Assembly (NCBI RefSeq): GCF_006345805.1
Contig: NC_043002.1
Span: forward strand, 21,886,001-21,950,000
From: Octopus sinensis
Lineage: Eukaryota
Direction of reading: 5' to 3'
DNA: 64,000 nt
Positions 11,071 through 23,962 of the stretch are shown piece after piece. A program made the position numbers and the translations under genes. Numbering within the stretch: the first letter of the stretch is position 1; each line of letters starts with the position of its first letter. Under the pieces are notes generated by a model. That model made no database searches. It was given only the letters and a program-made list of their open reading frames with translations, and was not told where the DNA came from.

Positions 11071-11612
11071 TAATATAAGGGACATTAGTCAACCGAATAT
11101 TGGCTAGGGACAGGGCAGGGTGGTGGGGGGTGTTCACTGTTGCATTTAGCCCAGGCAGGCAACATCAACGTCACCAGATAGGCCGACGCCATCACGCGCG
11201 GCGTCCTCTATCTTGCAAAGGGAGATCATTCCCCAAGAAGCGGATGCCACACACGACCTAGGTTTCAAGGTGTATTGCCTATTATCAACGTATGGTAGGC
11301 ACCGCTTCTCGACGAACGACTCACAGTGCAAGATATATATAAAGATTTTCAAGTAAATACATTTACTGATTTCAAAAATCTGTTCGACAGCAATAATAAT
11401 TCTCTAAATGAGATATAGACAGTGACTGCTCCATAATATAAGGGACATTCACTTATAACGGCCTATCTGGTGACGTTGATGTTCGCCTGGGGCTAAATGC
11501 AACAGTGACACCCCCCACCACCCTGCCCTGTCCCTAGCCATATTCGGTTGGCTAATGTCCCTTATATTATGGAGCAGTCACTGTCTATATCTCATTTAGA
11601 GAATTATTATTG

Positions 11613-11614
<2 letters not shown>
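11071..11614. repeat. Complex double inverted repeat
   Basis: 11071-11185 pairs with 11459-11569; 11389-11449 pairs with about 11554-11614. Confidence 0.9.
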
Positions 11615-11652
<38 letters not shown>

Positions 11653-12480
11653 TCATATATAAGTGTGGAATATGTGCAAGCACATACACCCGTTGATGCA
11701 TATGCAAGATTACAAGTATAGCTGGCTGCATTTATATTGGGTGTGGGAGGTGGGTAGGAACGGGCAAACCATTTGAAAAATATGCATTATCCATGTTACA
11801 TTGTAATTGCTTTTATAATTTGTTCGAGAAAAATCCAGAGAGATATCATTATCATCCGTATATAAATGTAAAAAAAAACCTTTTTGATCTGAGCTAGTTT
11901 GATAAGTGCTAATGTGCGGATCTCTTCGCCCTTGAGTCAGTTTATAACTCCTTCCGACTACTACTACTACTACTACTAATTATAGTAATAATGATACATA
12001 CACAATAACACATATATCACTCTATTTTTCTTCCTTAATATTTTCCTGATGAATGATTTGCGCCCGAAACGTCATTCTCTATCGCTTCATTGTAAGTGTT
12101 AAACTAATATAATACTTGCCTCCCTCCTGTGTTGTCATCTTTCTTTTCATGTCCTTAACTCTTATAGTTCACACGCACACATGCGCGCGCTCTCTCTCAC
12201 GTATATGCAGGGAAAATCCACAACCCCAGTATAACAGATATATGGTTCGAATGCTGCAGGAAAACTATACACTTTCTTCAAGACAATCCAACTGGCAGAA
12301 GAACTGGAGGTAGAGTGAGAGGGATGAATAACATCAATAGATTTCCCCACGACGGTCTCAGGGAAAATGGGCAGGGAAATGGATACATACCTACGTATAC
12401 ATATGCTTATATACATAGATACATAATACATATATTACATACATATATACATACAAACATATTCATACATACCAGACACA

Positions 12481-12530
<50 letters not shown>

Positions 12531-12554
12531 CATACTCACGTATATACATACATA

Positions 12555-13912
12555 CTGGTACTTGTCGGTTACGACGACGTGGGTTCTCAAACGAACCGCA
12601 TGCTTGTCACATTAACTTGCAAGTGGCTGAGCACTCTACAATCACGCGTATCTTTAACGTAGTTCTCTGGTAGATGGAACATGACACAGAATGTTACAAG
12701 GCTGGCCCTTTGAAAGACAGGTACTACTCATTTTTGACAGCTGGGGGAACTAGAGCAACGTGAAATAAAGTGTCTTGCTCAAGGACACAACATGTCACCA
12801 GGAATCGAACTCGCGGGTTTACGGACGTGAGCCGAATACCGTAACCACTAAGTCATACGCCTGCACACACACAGACACACACACACATACACACACACAT
12901 ACATACACACATACATACATACACACATATACACACATACATACACACATACATACATACATACATACACACACATACATACATACATACATACACACAC
13001 ATACACACACATGCACACACATTCACACACACATACACACACATACATACATAATACACACATACATGCATACATACATAATACACACATACATGCATAC
13101 ATACATACATGCATACACACATACATACATACATACATACATACATACATACATACATACATACATACATACATACATACATACATACATACATACATAG
13201 AGACAGACAGACAGACACTGGCTTACATATCCATAGAGTATTACGTACCGCCATGATTTAGAAAGTTTATTCAAAAGAAGAATGTTTCTACTTATTAAAG
13301 TACAATATATAGATATGTGAGAGGAATTAATTCATTTGAATAAATTATTTAGCACAGAAAAAAAAAACTAATATTTAAAGATAGACAAATAGAACAAATA
13401 TACGATAATCGGTGATCATAAAGAAGATAGATAACAGTCTTAATTAATTATAAGTCATAAAAGAGAAAACAGTCCCAGTTAATTATACGTTGTATAACAG
13501 AGATTCTTTCTGTTTTCTTTTTTATTTCTTTCTTTCAGCCATTAGACTGTGGCCATGCTGGGGCACCCTTTTGAAGAATTTTTAGTCGAACAAATCGATT
13601 CCATCACTTTTTTTTAAAACTTGCTTCCTATACTGCTAGTGTCTTTTGCCGAACCGTTAGGTTACGGGGACATAAATACATCAGCACCGGTTGTCAAGCG
13701 GTAGTAAGATCAAACACAGACAGAAAAAACACACACACGCACACACTACGCCGACACACACATACTCACATATACGATGGGGTTCTTTCAGTTTCCGTCT
13801 TCTAAATCCACTCAACGTTTTGGTCACCCCGAAGCTATAGTAAAAGTCACTTGTTGAAGTTGCCACGCAATGGGTCCGAACCCGGACACATAGATACATA
13901 TTTCGTAAACAC

Positions 13913-14001
<89 letters not shown>

Positions 14002-14310
14002 ACAAACTTCCTTCAGTTTCTATATACCAAATCCACTCACGAGGATTTAATTGACCCGAACCTATAGTAGAACTCATTTGCCCAAAGTGACGCGCAGTGA
14101 GAATGAAACTAAGATCACATACTTGGGAAATAAGCTTCTTAACTACACAGCCATGCGTATTGTTTCTCTAGCATTGGTCACGTGATGTAGATACCTCTGA
14201 TGAGAATCCAATGAGGTTCGTAAATCGATTAGGTCTGATCGTCATGTTTACAATCGATGGAGAAATAGTTAAATTTATTATGCTTTTGCTGATGTCTACT
14301 GCGTAGGTTT
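12555..14310 (-). repeat. Right arm of the inverted segmental duplication (partner 4005-5760)
   Basis: Collinear reverse complement; lacks the young SINE at 4291-4674. Confidence 0.92.
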
Positions 14311-14327
14311 GTATGTATGTATGTATG

Positions 14328-14361
<34 letters not shown>

Positions 14362-14800
14362 TGTATGTATGTATGTATGTATGTATGTATGTATGGATGG
14401 ATGGATGGATGGATGCATGCATGCATGCATGCATGTATGGATCTATGTACATGTGCAGATTTGTATGTTTTGCTTTATGTTTGTATTCTCATGCACATAG
14501 CTGCATATCTAAACATGCTCATATATATTGAAATGATAAACTTCTGGAAAGTTTTGCAGATTTTACAGTTCCAGTAACAGTTTGGATCTGTAATCTTCGA
14601 ATTAGCTTTCTCCTCTCTTGTTTTTAGAAGCCTAATTTCTCAAGATTGGTATTTAGGCAGGGCCCTAATAGTCACAGGTATAAACCTGAACTTGTAATCT
14701 GGATAGAGTACCTGAAAATTTCTCTGTAATTCGGCGTAGGTGTTCTCTTTTTTGTTGTATGTATGCATGTATGCATGTATGCATGTATGTATGTACGTGT

Positions 14801-16671
14801 CAGCACGTAGCCACGGGGGGGGGGCGTGGTGGCTATGGGGTGCTCAGCATCCCTGTTAGAATCTCAACCCCACCCCCGTATGAGAACTTGTTTTATCCAC
14901 TTTTGAAATAATTCCTTGTCGCCGTCTTCTGTTTTTCTCATTAGCAATATCTGAAGTCGTTAAAGATGCAATAAATTGAATTTCTTTTGATTTAATAGTG
15001 AGTGTTATGAAAGCGTGGGTAAATTAGAGCTGGTCAAAGTGTTTGTTGTAGCTGCAATTGTTGTTGCAGAATTAGCTGCTGACCCGGTCATCAACTGTGG
15101 GTTGAATTAAGGAGTGGCTGACGCTGGGTCAGTTGTTGTTGTTGTGGTCGTGTTGATGACGGCGGCGGTGGTGCTGGAGATTGTCATTGTTGCTGTCAAA
15201 AAGTATGTGAAGAATTGCTGCTGATGTTAGAGATTTATGGTAGTAAACGCATCACTACACACGTATATATATGAACAGAGACGGACATTAAAAAGTCATT
15301 TTATTTCCACTAGTCAGAGAGGATTATTATTCACGAAAAAGGAAAGAAAATTTTTGAAATTTCCCAAAATATAAATATACATTCAGAAAGGATTTTTCAG
15401 GTGAGAACTTTCATTGAATAATTTTTCTTACTTTTTTGAACAAAGTTTATACAGAAATCATTTTGTGTTTTACTTAGAAAGTATAACTTTGAAGAAATTG
15501 AAAAAAAAAAAAAAAAAATTGCTTGAACTGAAATCTCTTACGAGTTTAATTTTAAAATAGGTAAATTTTAAGAAATTGTTACTCTTACTAGGATATTCTA
15601 CCTTAGAATTATTTGTTGCGAATATCAGTGTCCAAAAATAATGAATCACTACCGAAAAAGAGAACTGAAGCAGTCATTGCTGAGTTTCCATTCTGATTCA
15701 TCTAATAACGCTAAACAGAAGAGAATTGCAAACGAAGTTTCGCAGCTCAATGGAGGTCTTGCAAAGCCTTTGACACCTTCATTGGATGATCTAGGACAGG
15801 TCGACTGCCAACCAGTGCAGCCAGTTCCAGCAAAGTTTGATCCAAAAATTTATGGAAATCAGAGACGTGACTTCTCGTCAAACTGGTAAACTGGTCGTCC
15901 ATGGTTAGAGTATTCTCCTTCAAAGAAAGCCTTGTTTTGTTTGTCGGCATTTCTGCTCAAGCTGATACTTGTTTTATTAAAAATGGATATTCTAATTGGC
16001 TTTATGCAAAAGAAAAACAAAAGACAAAGGTTTAAATAAGCATGCAAACTCTGCATCCATCTAATCTCACCCCGTATGAGAATTTGTTTTATCCACTTTT
16101 GAAATAATTCCTTGACGCCGTCATAAGCAAAATCTGAAGTCGTTAAAGATGCAATAAATTGAATTTGTTTTGATTTAATAGTTAGTGATTAGCTGGTCAA
16201 AGTGTTTGTTGTAGCTGTAATTGTTGTCTCAGAACTGGCTGCTGACTCGGTCATCAACTGTGGGTTGAATTAAGGAGTGGGTGATGCTGGGTCAGTTGTT
16301 GTTATTGTTGTTGTTGTGGTACTCGTGGTGGTGACGGCGGCAGTGGTGCTGGTGATTGTCGTTGTTGCTGTGGTTAGAGATTTATGGTAATAAACGCATC
16401 ACTACACACGTATATATATGAACAGAGACGGATATTAAAAGATCATTTTATTTCTTCTAGTCAGAGAGGATTATTATTCGCGAAAAAGGAAAGAACATTT
16501 TTGAAATTTCCCAAAATATACATTCAGAAAGGACTTTTCAGGTGAGAATTTTCACTGAATAATTTTTCTTACTTCTTTGAACAAAGTTTATACTGAAATC
16601 ATTTTGTGTTTAACTCAAAAAAACATAACTCTGAAGAAATTGAAAAAAAAAAAAAAACAATTGCTTGAACT
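14801..16671 (+). mobile_element. 5' part of a hAT (Tip100/ZMYM1-like) transposon with partial tandem duplication
   Basis: Left end CAGCACGTAGCCACGGGGGG; TTF-type zinc-finger remnant RDFSSNW*TGRPWLEYSPSKKALFC..NKHANSAS at about 15865-16055; 14871-15530 repeated at 16068-16670. Confidence 0.65.
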
Positions 16672-16672
16672 A

Positions 16673-16921
16673 GGCGCAGGAGTGGCTGTGTGGTAAGTAG
16701 CTTGCTAACCAACCACATGGTTCCGGGTTCAGTCCCACTGCGTGGCATCTTGGGCAAGTGTCTTCTGCTATAGCCCCGGGCCGACCAATGCCTTGTGAAT
16801 GGATTTGGTAGACAGAAACTGAAAGAAGCCTGTCGTATATATGTATATATATATGTTTGTGCGTCTGTGTTTGTCCCCCAGCATTGCTTGACAACCGATG
16901 CTGGTGTGTTTACGTCCCCGT
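16673..16921 (+). mobile_element. SINE family A, 3'-truncated
   Basis: Near-identical to 4291-4540. Confidence 0.9.
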
Positions 16922-17290
16922 CAATAATCAGTTGGAGTTGGGTTGATGGCTCCTGTAAATTACCAATAGTCCCCAGCTCAGGTACTGCCACGTCTAACAT
17001 CATCATCACCACGAAAACGATTGTTGCTGTTGCCTGCCATCACCTTACCACCGACTACTACTACCACGACGCATACCACTACCGCACAAAACTCTAATGT
17101 AGACAGACAATCATCTATACTACCGTTGCTGTTGACCTACTGCTAGTCATCTACCTATCCTTGTAAGCCTGGTACTTGTTCTCTTATTCTATCGGTCTCT
17201 TTTGCCGAACCGCTAAGTTACGGGGACGAAAATACACCAACATCGGTTATCAAGCGATTGGGGTGGGGGACAAAAATACACAAAGACACA

Positions 17291-17327
<37 letters not shown>

Positions 17328-17328
17328 T

Positions 17329-17378
<50 letters not shown>

Positions 17379-18627
17379 ATATTTAGTTACAAGACGAAAA
17401 GAAAATGGAGATAAAGAAGTTAATTATTTATTATTAACAAATTAGTCATCTTCGTTTCTTACAGCTGTTTCAATTAATGCTCAATAACTTAATTACAAAT
17501 TTGTATATTAAATTTGCATTTATGTGACATGAGCATAGTTTCATCAGAGGAAAACAAAAAGATGTACCTTGAGATGTTATATGTGGACCTATCAATTCAT
17601 TTCAGCAGCCTGAATATTACGGTTTAGGATTTGTATTATCATATGATCGGGTTAAGGGTTTACAGATGGATTAGAATGTGATTAGGGATAATGTAAAATA
17701 AAGAAAACTGGAGCAAGAATTGAAGTAAAAATAGAGACGATGGAGGGATGATGAATATAAATAAGGTAAATTTATAGTTAATACATATATATATATATTA
17801 TATTCATTTTTGAGGTATAATTAGAATTATAAAAGAATTATATATATATATGTACTATATACACATACTCACACACACATACATGCACGTATATATACAT
17901 ATATACATGCATGCACGCATACACACATACATGCATACACACACACACACATATATTATTTGTACTCATCAACCCTATAAATATAATGAATATAGATCCA
18001 TATTAGTTAATCGGTACCCATTGGTTGATGAAATTTTGAATTAGTGTCTGTCTAAACCATAGCGTTTCTAGGAAAGTATATCTGTTCTTAACGGTTTTAG
18101 TAAAATGTTGATGTTTAAATGTACATATGAATATAATATCACACGCACACATACGCATATACATACACACACAGGCATACAAATGCATAGACATAGACAT
18201 GTACATGTATATACATGCATGTACATACGCACACATATACAAAAATATATATGTGTGTGTATATATATATATATATGTGTGCACATACACACATACACAT
18301 ATGCATCAATATACATATATGCACACGTTCATATACATACATACATACACACGCGCTCATACATATGTACACACACATATGCGAACACACACGTACACGT
18401 ACTCATATGTATGCGCATCTACTCATATATACACATATTTACATAAGCATACATATATGCATGCATACACGCGTGCATGTATATATATTCATATATGTAT
18501 GTATACATTTAGCCCCTTGTGGGTAGTAAAGAAATATATATGTATGTATACATACATATACGGACATGCGTTTACACATATGCACGCACAATTATATATA
18601 CATATATACATAGACACACATGTGCAT

Positions 18628-18764
18628 ATGGTTCCGGGTTCAGTCTCACTGCGTGGCACCTTGGGCAAATGTCTTCTATTATAGCCTCGGGCCGACCAAA
18701 GCCTTGTGAGTGGATTTGGTAGACGGAAACTGAAAGAAGCCCGTCGTATATATGTATATATATA

Positions 18765-18801
<37 letters not shown>

Positions 18802-18814
18802 GTATGGGTGTATA

Positions 18815-18861
<47 letters not shown>

Positions 18862-19072
18862 TTGTCTGTCTGTGTTTGTCCCCCTAGCATTGCTTGACAA
18901 CCGATGCTGGTGTGTTTATGTCCCCGTCACTTAGCGGTTCGGCAAAAAGAGACCGATAGAATAAGTACTGGGCTTACAAAGTATAAGTCCCGGGGTCGAG
19001 TTGCTCGATTAAAGGCGGTGCTCCAGCATGGCCGCACTCAAATGACTGAAACAAGTAAAAGAGTAAAAGAGT
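18628..19072 (+). mobile_element. SINE family A, lacking the A box
   Basis: B box through to the GTAAAAGAGTAAAAGAGT tail. Confidence 0.9.
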
Positions 19073-19396
19073 ATGCACACTTAAAATTCATCTACACATA
19101 CCCATAATTGTTTACGCATGCGTGTGTCTGCCTACATTCACATAAGTGGAAGGAAAAGGAAAGTACGTGATGTCATCAACATATATGAATTAAATAGCAC
19201 GTGAAATAGTCTCTAAGGATAAGAGGAATTATAGTTACGCACACACATATCGATACACAGTCATACATATACACGTATGCACGAAGACATAGATACTCAC
19301 GCAAACACACGCGTGCGAATACATAATTGGGTCAAACATTTTTGACCCGAGCAAAAAAAAAATAAGAAAAAGTAGTGTAAAAGGTGTAAAACAACT

Positions 19397-19804
19397 GGAG
19401 TGGCTGTGTGGTAAGTAGCTTGCCTACCAACCACATGGTTCCGGGTTCAGTCCCACTGCGTGGCATCTTGGGCAAGTGTCTTCTGCTATAGCCCCGGGCC
19501 GACCAATGCCTTGTGAGTGGATTTGGTAGACGGAAACTGAAAGAAGCCGTCGTATATATGTATATGTATATATATATGCGTGTGTGTGTTTGTGTGTCTG
19601 TGTTTGTCCCCCTAGCATTGCTTGACAACCGATGCTGGTGTGTTTGTCCCCGTTACTTAGCGGTTCGACAAAAGAGACCGATAGAATAAGTACTAGGCTT
19701 ACAAAAGAATAAGTCCCGGGGTTGATTTGATCGATTAAAGGCGGTGCTCCAGCATGGCCGCAGTCAAATGACTGAAACAAGTAAAAGAGTAAAAAGAGAG
19801 AGTA
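19397..19804 (+). mobile_element. SINE family A, full length
   Basis: Head to tail matches the other copies. Confidence 0.9.
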
Positions 19805-20495
19805 AATGAATATGAAAAAAAGAAAAAAAAAACGCGCGCTCGCGAACGGGGTTGGTGGAGGAGAGGACTCGGAAAATTCATATCTTCAGACCATGACCTT
19901 TAAACTCTAGTGTTTGACCCGAGCAAAAAAAAAAAAATTGTGTAATAGGTGTACAACAACATATCCTTTAAACTCCACTGTTTGCATAAGGTGTGGTTGG
20001 GAAAAATATCCATTTTCTTTAGGAAAAAATATCAGATTGTGTGAATTGTCCTGTTCCTCTCCAGTAAGTGTTTTCAACCACAGCCTCCGGCCGACTATCG
20101 CGTCCTGGGATGGATCATATTTGAAAACTGCTTCAGGAGTTGTGAAGAACGAATTTGTACATAGTCCGTTTCTGAGAGCTCTGTCTAATCATTAAAACAT
20201 TGATGTAATTGATTTAGCATTAAGTGCTGCAACATGCATTTGCTGATCTTGAGAAAAATTCATCTCACTTCCTTCTTCAGACTTGCGCCTTCGGTTTACT
20301 ACACTCATCCTTACTTTATACTTGTTTCTGGAGAGATTACGTCTTTTCTGTGTTTCTCCCGCTCATTCCGTAAAAATTTATTTGAAGAGAGCAGAAATTG
20401 AAAGAAAAGAAAGCGAAAAGGACCGAGAAAGAAAGTGAAAGATGTATGTGCGTCTATATGAAATGGACGTGTTCGTGCGTGTGTGTGTGTGTGTG

Positions 20496-20529
<34 letters not shown>

Positions 20530-21354
20530 CATGCGTGTGTGTGTGTGTGCGCGCGCGCGTGTGTGTGTGAGAGGGAGAAAGAGATTGAAAAAGAGAGATA
20601 GAGTGAGTGTGTGAAGGTGTGTGTCATGATGATTGATGTATTTTAAGGTACACACACATATAGAAGATGTGACGTCATCGTATAAAATGTTTACGATAGT
20701 TGAGTTGATTTATGGAAAAGATTATAATGTTAAATTTTTGAAATGCAAATTTGTGAATGGAAATTAAGTCTAATTTGTAGCCGAAATAGAACTAAATCTT
20801 TTGATACCCCATACGTCAAAATCTGTAACTCGTTTTTGAATGCATAAGGAATATATTTATGTATAGAACAGACTTATTTCAAACTGAAAGTATTGTCTCA
20901 TGTTACGAAATAGTGTAAGAGATAAGAGATTGCTTGGGCTTGCATTAGGCAAAAAGTTGGACATTTTTTGGGCACCATGACACTGCATGGACCTTGGCTT
21001 TTGTATTTGACACCTGTATTTTATTTCAAGTTTATGTATATATGTATGTATAAGCCAATGAAGGAGACCTCTACATGGTAGGTAGAGGTAGCTAGATCTG
21101 GTAGAAATAGCAGCCAAATCTTCTGCCTATTATGTAGTTTTTAATGAGAAACTGTAACTAAAGATTAAGATCATTAACCCCCCAAATTTAAGCGTTTTAA
21201 TAGCAATAAATTTATCTCTCCTTTTTTTGCTTAATTAAAATGGCTGCCTTTTCCTTGTAGTTTTTCATGTTAGCCGTAAAGGTGAAGCGGGTTAACTTGG
21301 ACGGTGTTAAGTAGTGAAGATTGTTTGGTGATTGTATGTGGTTGTTACTTTTCA

Positions 21355-21746
21355 CTGGCATCAGTCGCTCGCTCCAGTGCCATCCATTTTCGAGGCCGGT
21401 TGTTACACACTCCTGAGCGGATCCCGACTTCCGTGGTCATCGTCTTGCTATCTATATCGACCGACACCCTTTCGGGGATCTAATGGGCGAAGCGTAGGGC
21501 CCCTTCGTTGGACGTTCGGTTCATCCCACATCACCAGTTCTGCTTACCAAAAGTGGCTCAATTGGTACCGTGTATTCGTCGCGTCGCAATGGCTGCGATA
21601 TACGGCCACCTCCGATCGGGAGAGGAGCGGCTCGTTTCGCCGGTTACGAGTTCGAGAGTAGATTGAAGCCGTCAACGTCCTCGAGGCCTCCAGTCATTCG
21701 CTTTACTGAACGGAATTGCGTGTCATTCCCCCGCTGGCACCAGCTG

Positions 21747-21782
<36 letters not shown>

Positions 21783-21912
21783 CGGCTCAATTGGTCTTTC
21801 GCCTCTACACCTGGTTCCGACGATCGATTTGCACGTCAGAGGCGCTTCGCACTTCCAACAGAGTTTCCTCTGACTTCGTCCCGACAGGGCGTTGATCGCT
21901 ATCTTTCGGGTC
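21355..21912 (-). pseudogene. 28S rRNA gene fragment (5' half, domain II region), dispersed copy
   Basis: The plus strand carries reverse-complement LSU hallmarks: CCAGTTCTGCTTACCAAAAGTGGC, CTGAGGGAAACTTCGGAGGGAACCAGCTACTAGA, GATTTGCACGTCAG, TCTTTCGGGTCC. Confidence 0.9.
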
Positions 21913-21983
21913 CACCAGAGTTTTCTACACCAGAGTCGGAACTGGAACGCGACGACGCGCGGAAACGCGGTCGCGAACGCTCG

Positions 21984-22795
21984 GAACCAGATATCATTGT
22001 CGAAGGGGAAACGCTGAAGGTTGTTGATAAGCCTACGTACTCGGCAGCATACTCTTCAGATCAGTGAACATTGACGATGAGGTCGACATGCGCATCGCCA
22101 AATGAAGCTCAGCATTCGGGCGACTACGTGAATCAGTACGGGATAGTAGAGGCATTAGGTTGATAACCAAATTGAAGATGTACCAAGCAGTTGTACTACC
22201 TACTCTACAGTATACTTGAGAGACATCGACCGTTTACGTACGCCTCGCCAAAAAGCTAAATCGACTCCACATGAAATGCCTGAGAAATCTGCTGAAAAAT
22301 CACCGGGAAAGTTGAGGTCCTAGACATGGAGGACCTCTATCGAGCTGATCTGCCAAGTATCGACACACTGCGGAGGGCAGGTCACCTTGTTCGAATGCTC
22401 GACATACACCTCCCAAAGAGACTGATTTAAAGCGGACTGGCGGAAAGCAGGCACACACGAAGTAGACAGAAAAAGCGTCCCAATGACACTGGGAAACACT
22501 CACGAAAGAGCTTTGAGAACAACCCCAAGTACCTGGGAAACACAGATACAAGACTGCGCTACCTGGCGAAGCTGCACCAACAGAGGTTCCACCACCTACA
22601 GACAGAACATTATCGCAAGGGCACAAACAAAACGCGAATTGCACAAGTCCAGAGTCAAGCCTTAACTGCAGTCTCTGCAGACCACCAGTGCATGGCCTGC
22701 AGCAGAACCTTCCGAGATCAGCCACAATCGGGCACACCGTGTTCCGTCTTCTCCTATGTGATTTCTTGGTTATCGTCGACGACGGACGAACTGCC

Positions 22796-22797
<2 letters not shown>
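21984..22797 (+). mobile_element. 5'-truncated RTE-clade LINE with (ATGT)n tail
   Basis: EPDIIVEGETLKVVDK..NIDDEVDMRIAK..AFGRLRE..TKLKMYQAVVLPTL..GHLVRML..LPKRLI; frameshifted. Confidence 0.88.
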
Positions 22798-22826
<29 letters not shown>

Positions 22827-23051
22827 TGTATGTATGTATGTATGTATGTATGTATGTATGTATGTATGTATGTATATATACATGTATATATACATATGTG
22901 TATATATATATATATATGAGCGCGGGTTCAGTCCCACTGAGTGGCACCCTAGGCAAGTGTCTTCTACTATAGCCTCGGGCCGACCATAGCCTTGTGAGTG
23001 GATTTGGCAGACGGAAACTGAAAGAAGCCCGTAATATATATATATATATAT

Positions 23052-23117
<66 letters not shown>

Positions 23118-23120
23118 ATA

Positions 23121-23475
23121 TTGGGCTGCCTGGAAAGTTCGTGCCGATTTTTAAAGAAAAGAAAAAAGGTCACTAAATACTTGTCATTACATTTTTAATC
23201 AACCAAATATGAACCATTTTGTTGCACAATGCGTCTCCATCTTTCCTTTAACTTGAAAATACCCTCTTCCGAGAATTGGGGTGGTTTGATGACAAAGAAT
23301 TCATCAAGGTATCTTTTTACGTCTCTAAGGAATTGAAATTTTTACCATTAAGACTATTCTGCAGAGACCTGAATAAGTGGAAATCCGAAGGAGCAATATC
23401 TGGTGAACATAGAGGGTGGGGTAACACATCCCAGCTGAGCTGCAGCAATTTTTGTCTGGTTCCCAAAGCATCAAG
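23121..23475 (-). mobile_element. mariner transposon 3' remnant
   Basis: SWDVLPHPLCSPDIAPSDFHLFRSLQNSLNGKNF, followed by a TIR-like end next to TA. Confidence 0.8.
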
Positions 23476-23682
23476 TGCTGAAAATGAACTTTCTTATCTT
23501 CCATTTTAAAGGGTTACAGAATTAACACAGCTTATAGGAATATAAATCTTCTTCCATGAAAAGATAGCTTAAGCTATACTCTAAACGGAGGTGTAGTCAA
23601 ATCCTATTTTATGGACTCAACCATGTTCTAAAATAAGTCGAAAGGTAAGCTGCTATAAATCAGCACGAACATTCCGGACAAC

Positions 23683-23732
<50 letters not shown>

Positions 23733-23930
23733 TATGTCTGTATTTGTGTGTCTCTGTTGTCTCCCCACCATAGCTTGCAACCGATGTTGTTGTGTTTACG
23801 TCCCCGTAACTTAGCGCTCGGCAAAAGATACCGATAGATAAGTACTAGGTTTACAAAGAATAAGTCGTGGGGTCGATTTGTCAACTAAAGGCGGTACTAA
23901 TTTTACTGAAAGAAGTAAAAGAATAAAAGA

Positions 23931-23962
<32 letters not shown>

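Noticed and set aside
11071-11614. DIRS-type element with internal complementary region
   Set aside because: The internal segment is simply the reverse complement of the right arm's end, not of the circle junction as a DIRS ICR would be.
12040-12080. CTGATGA..GAAACGTC minimal hammerhead
   Set aside because: Core words are present but neither stem I nor stem II pairs; at most a dead relic.
21355-21912. Functional rRNA gene
   Set aside because: Isolated partial fragment with a deletion in a conserved helix and no 18S/5.8S/ITS context.
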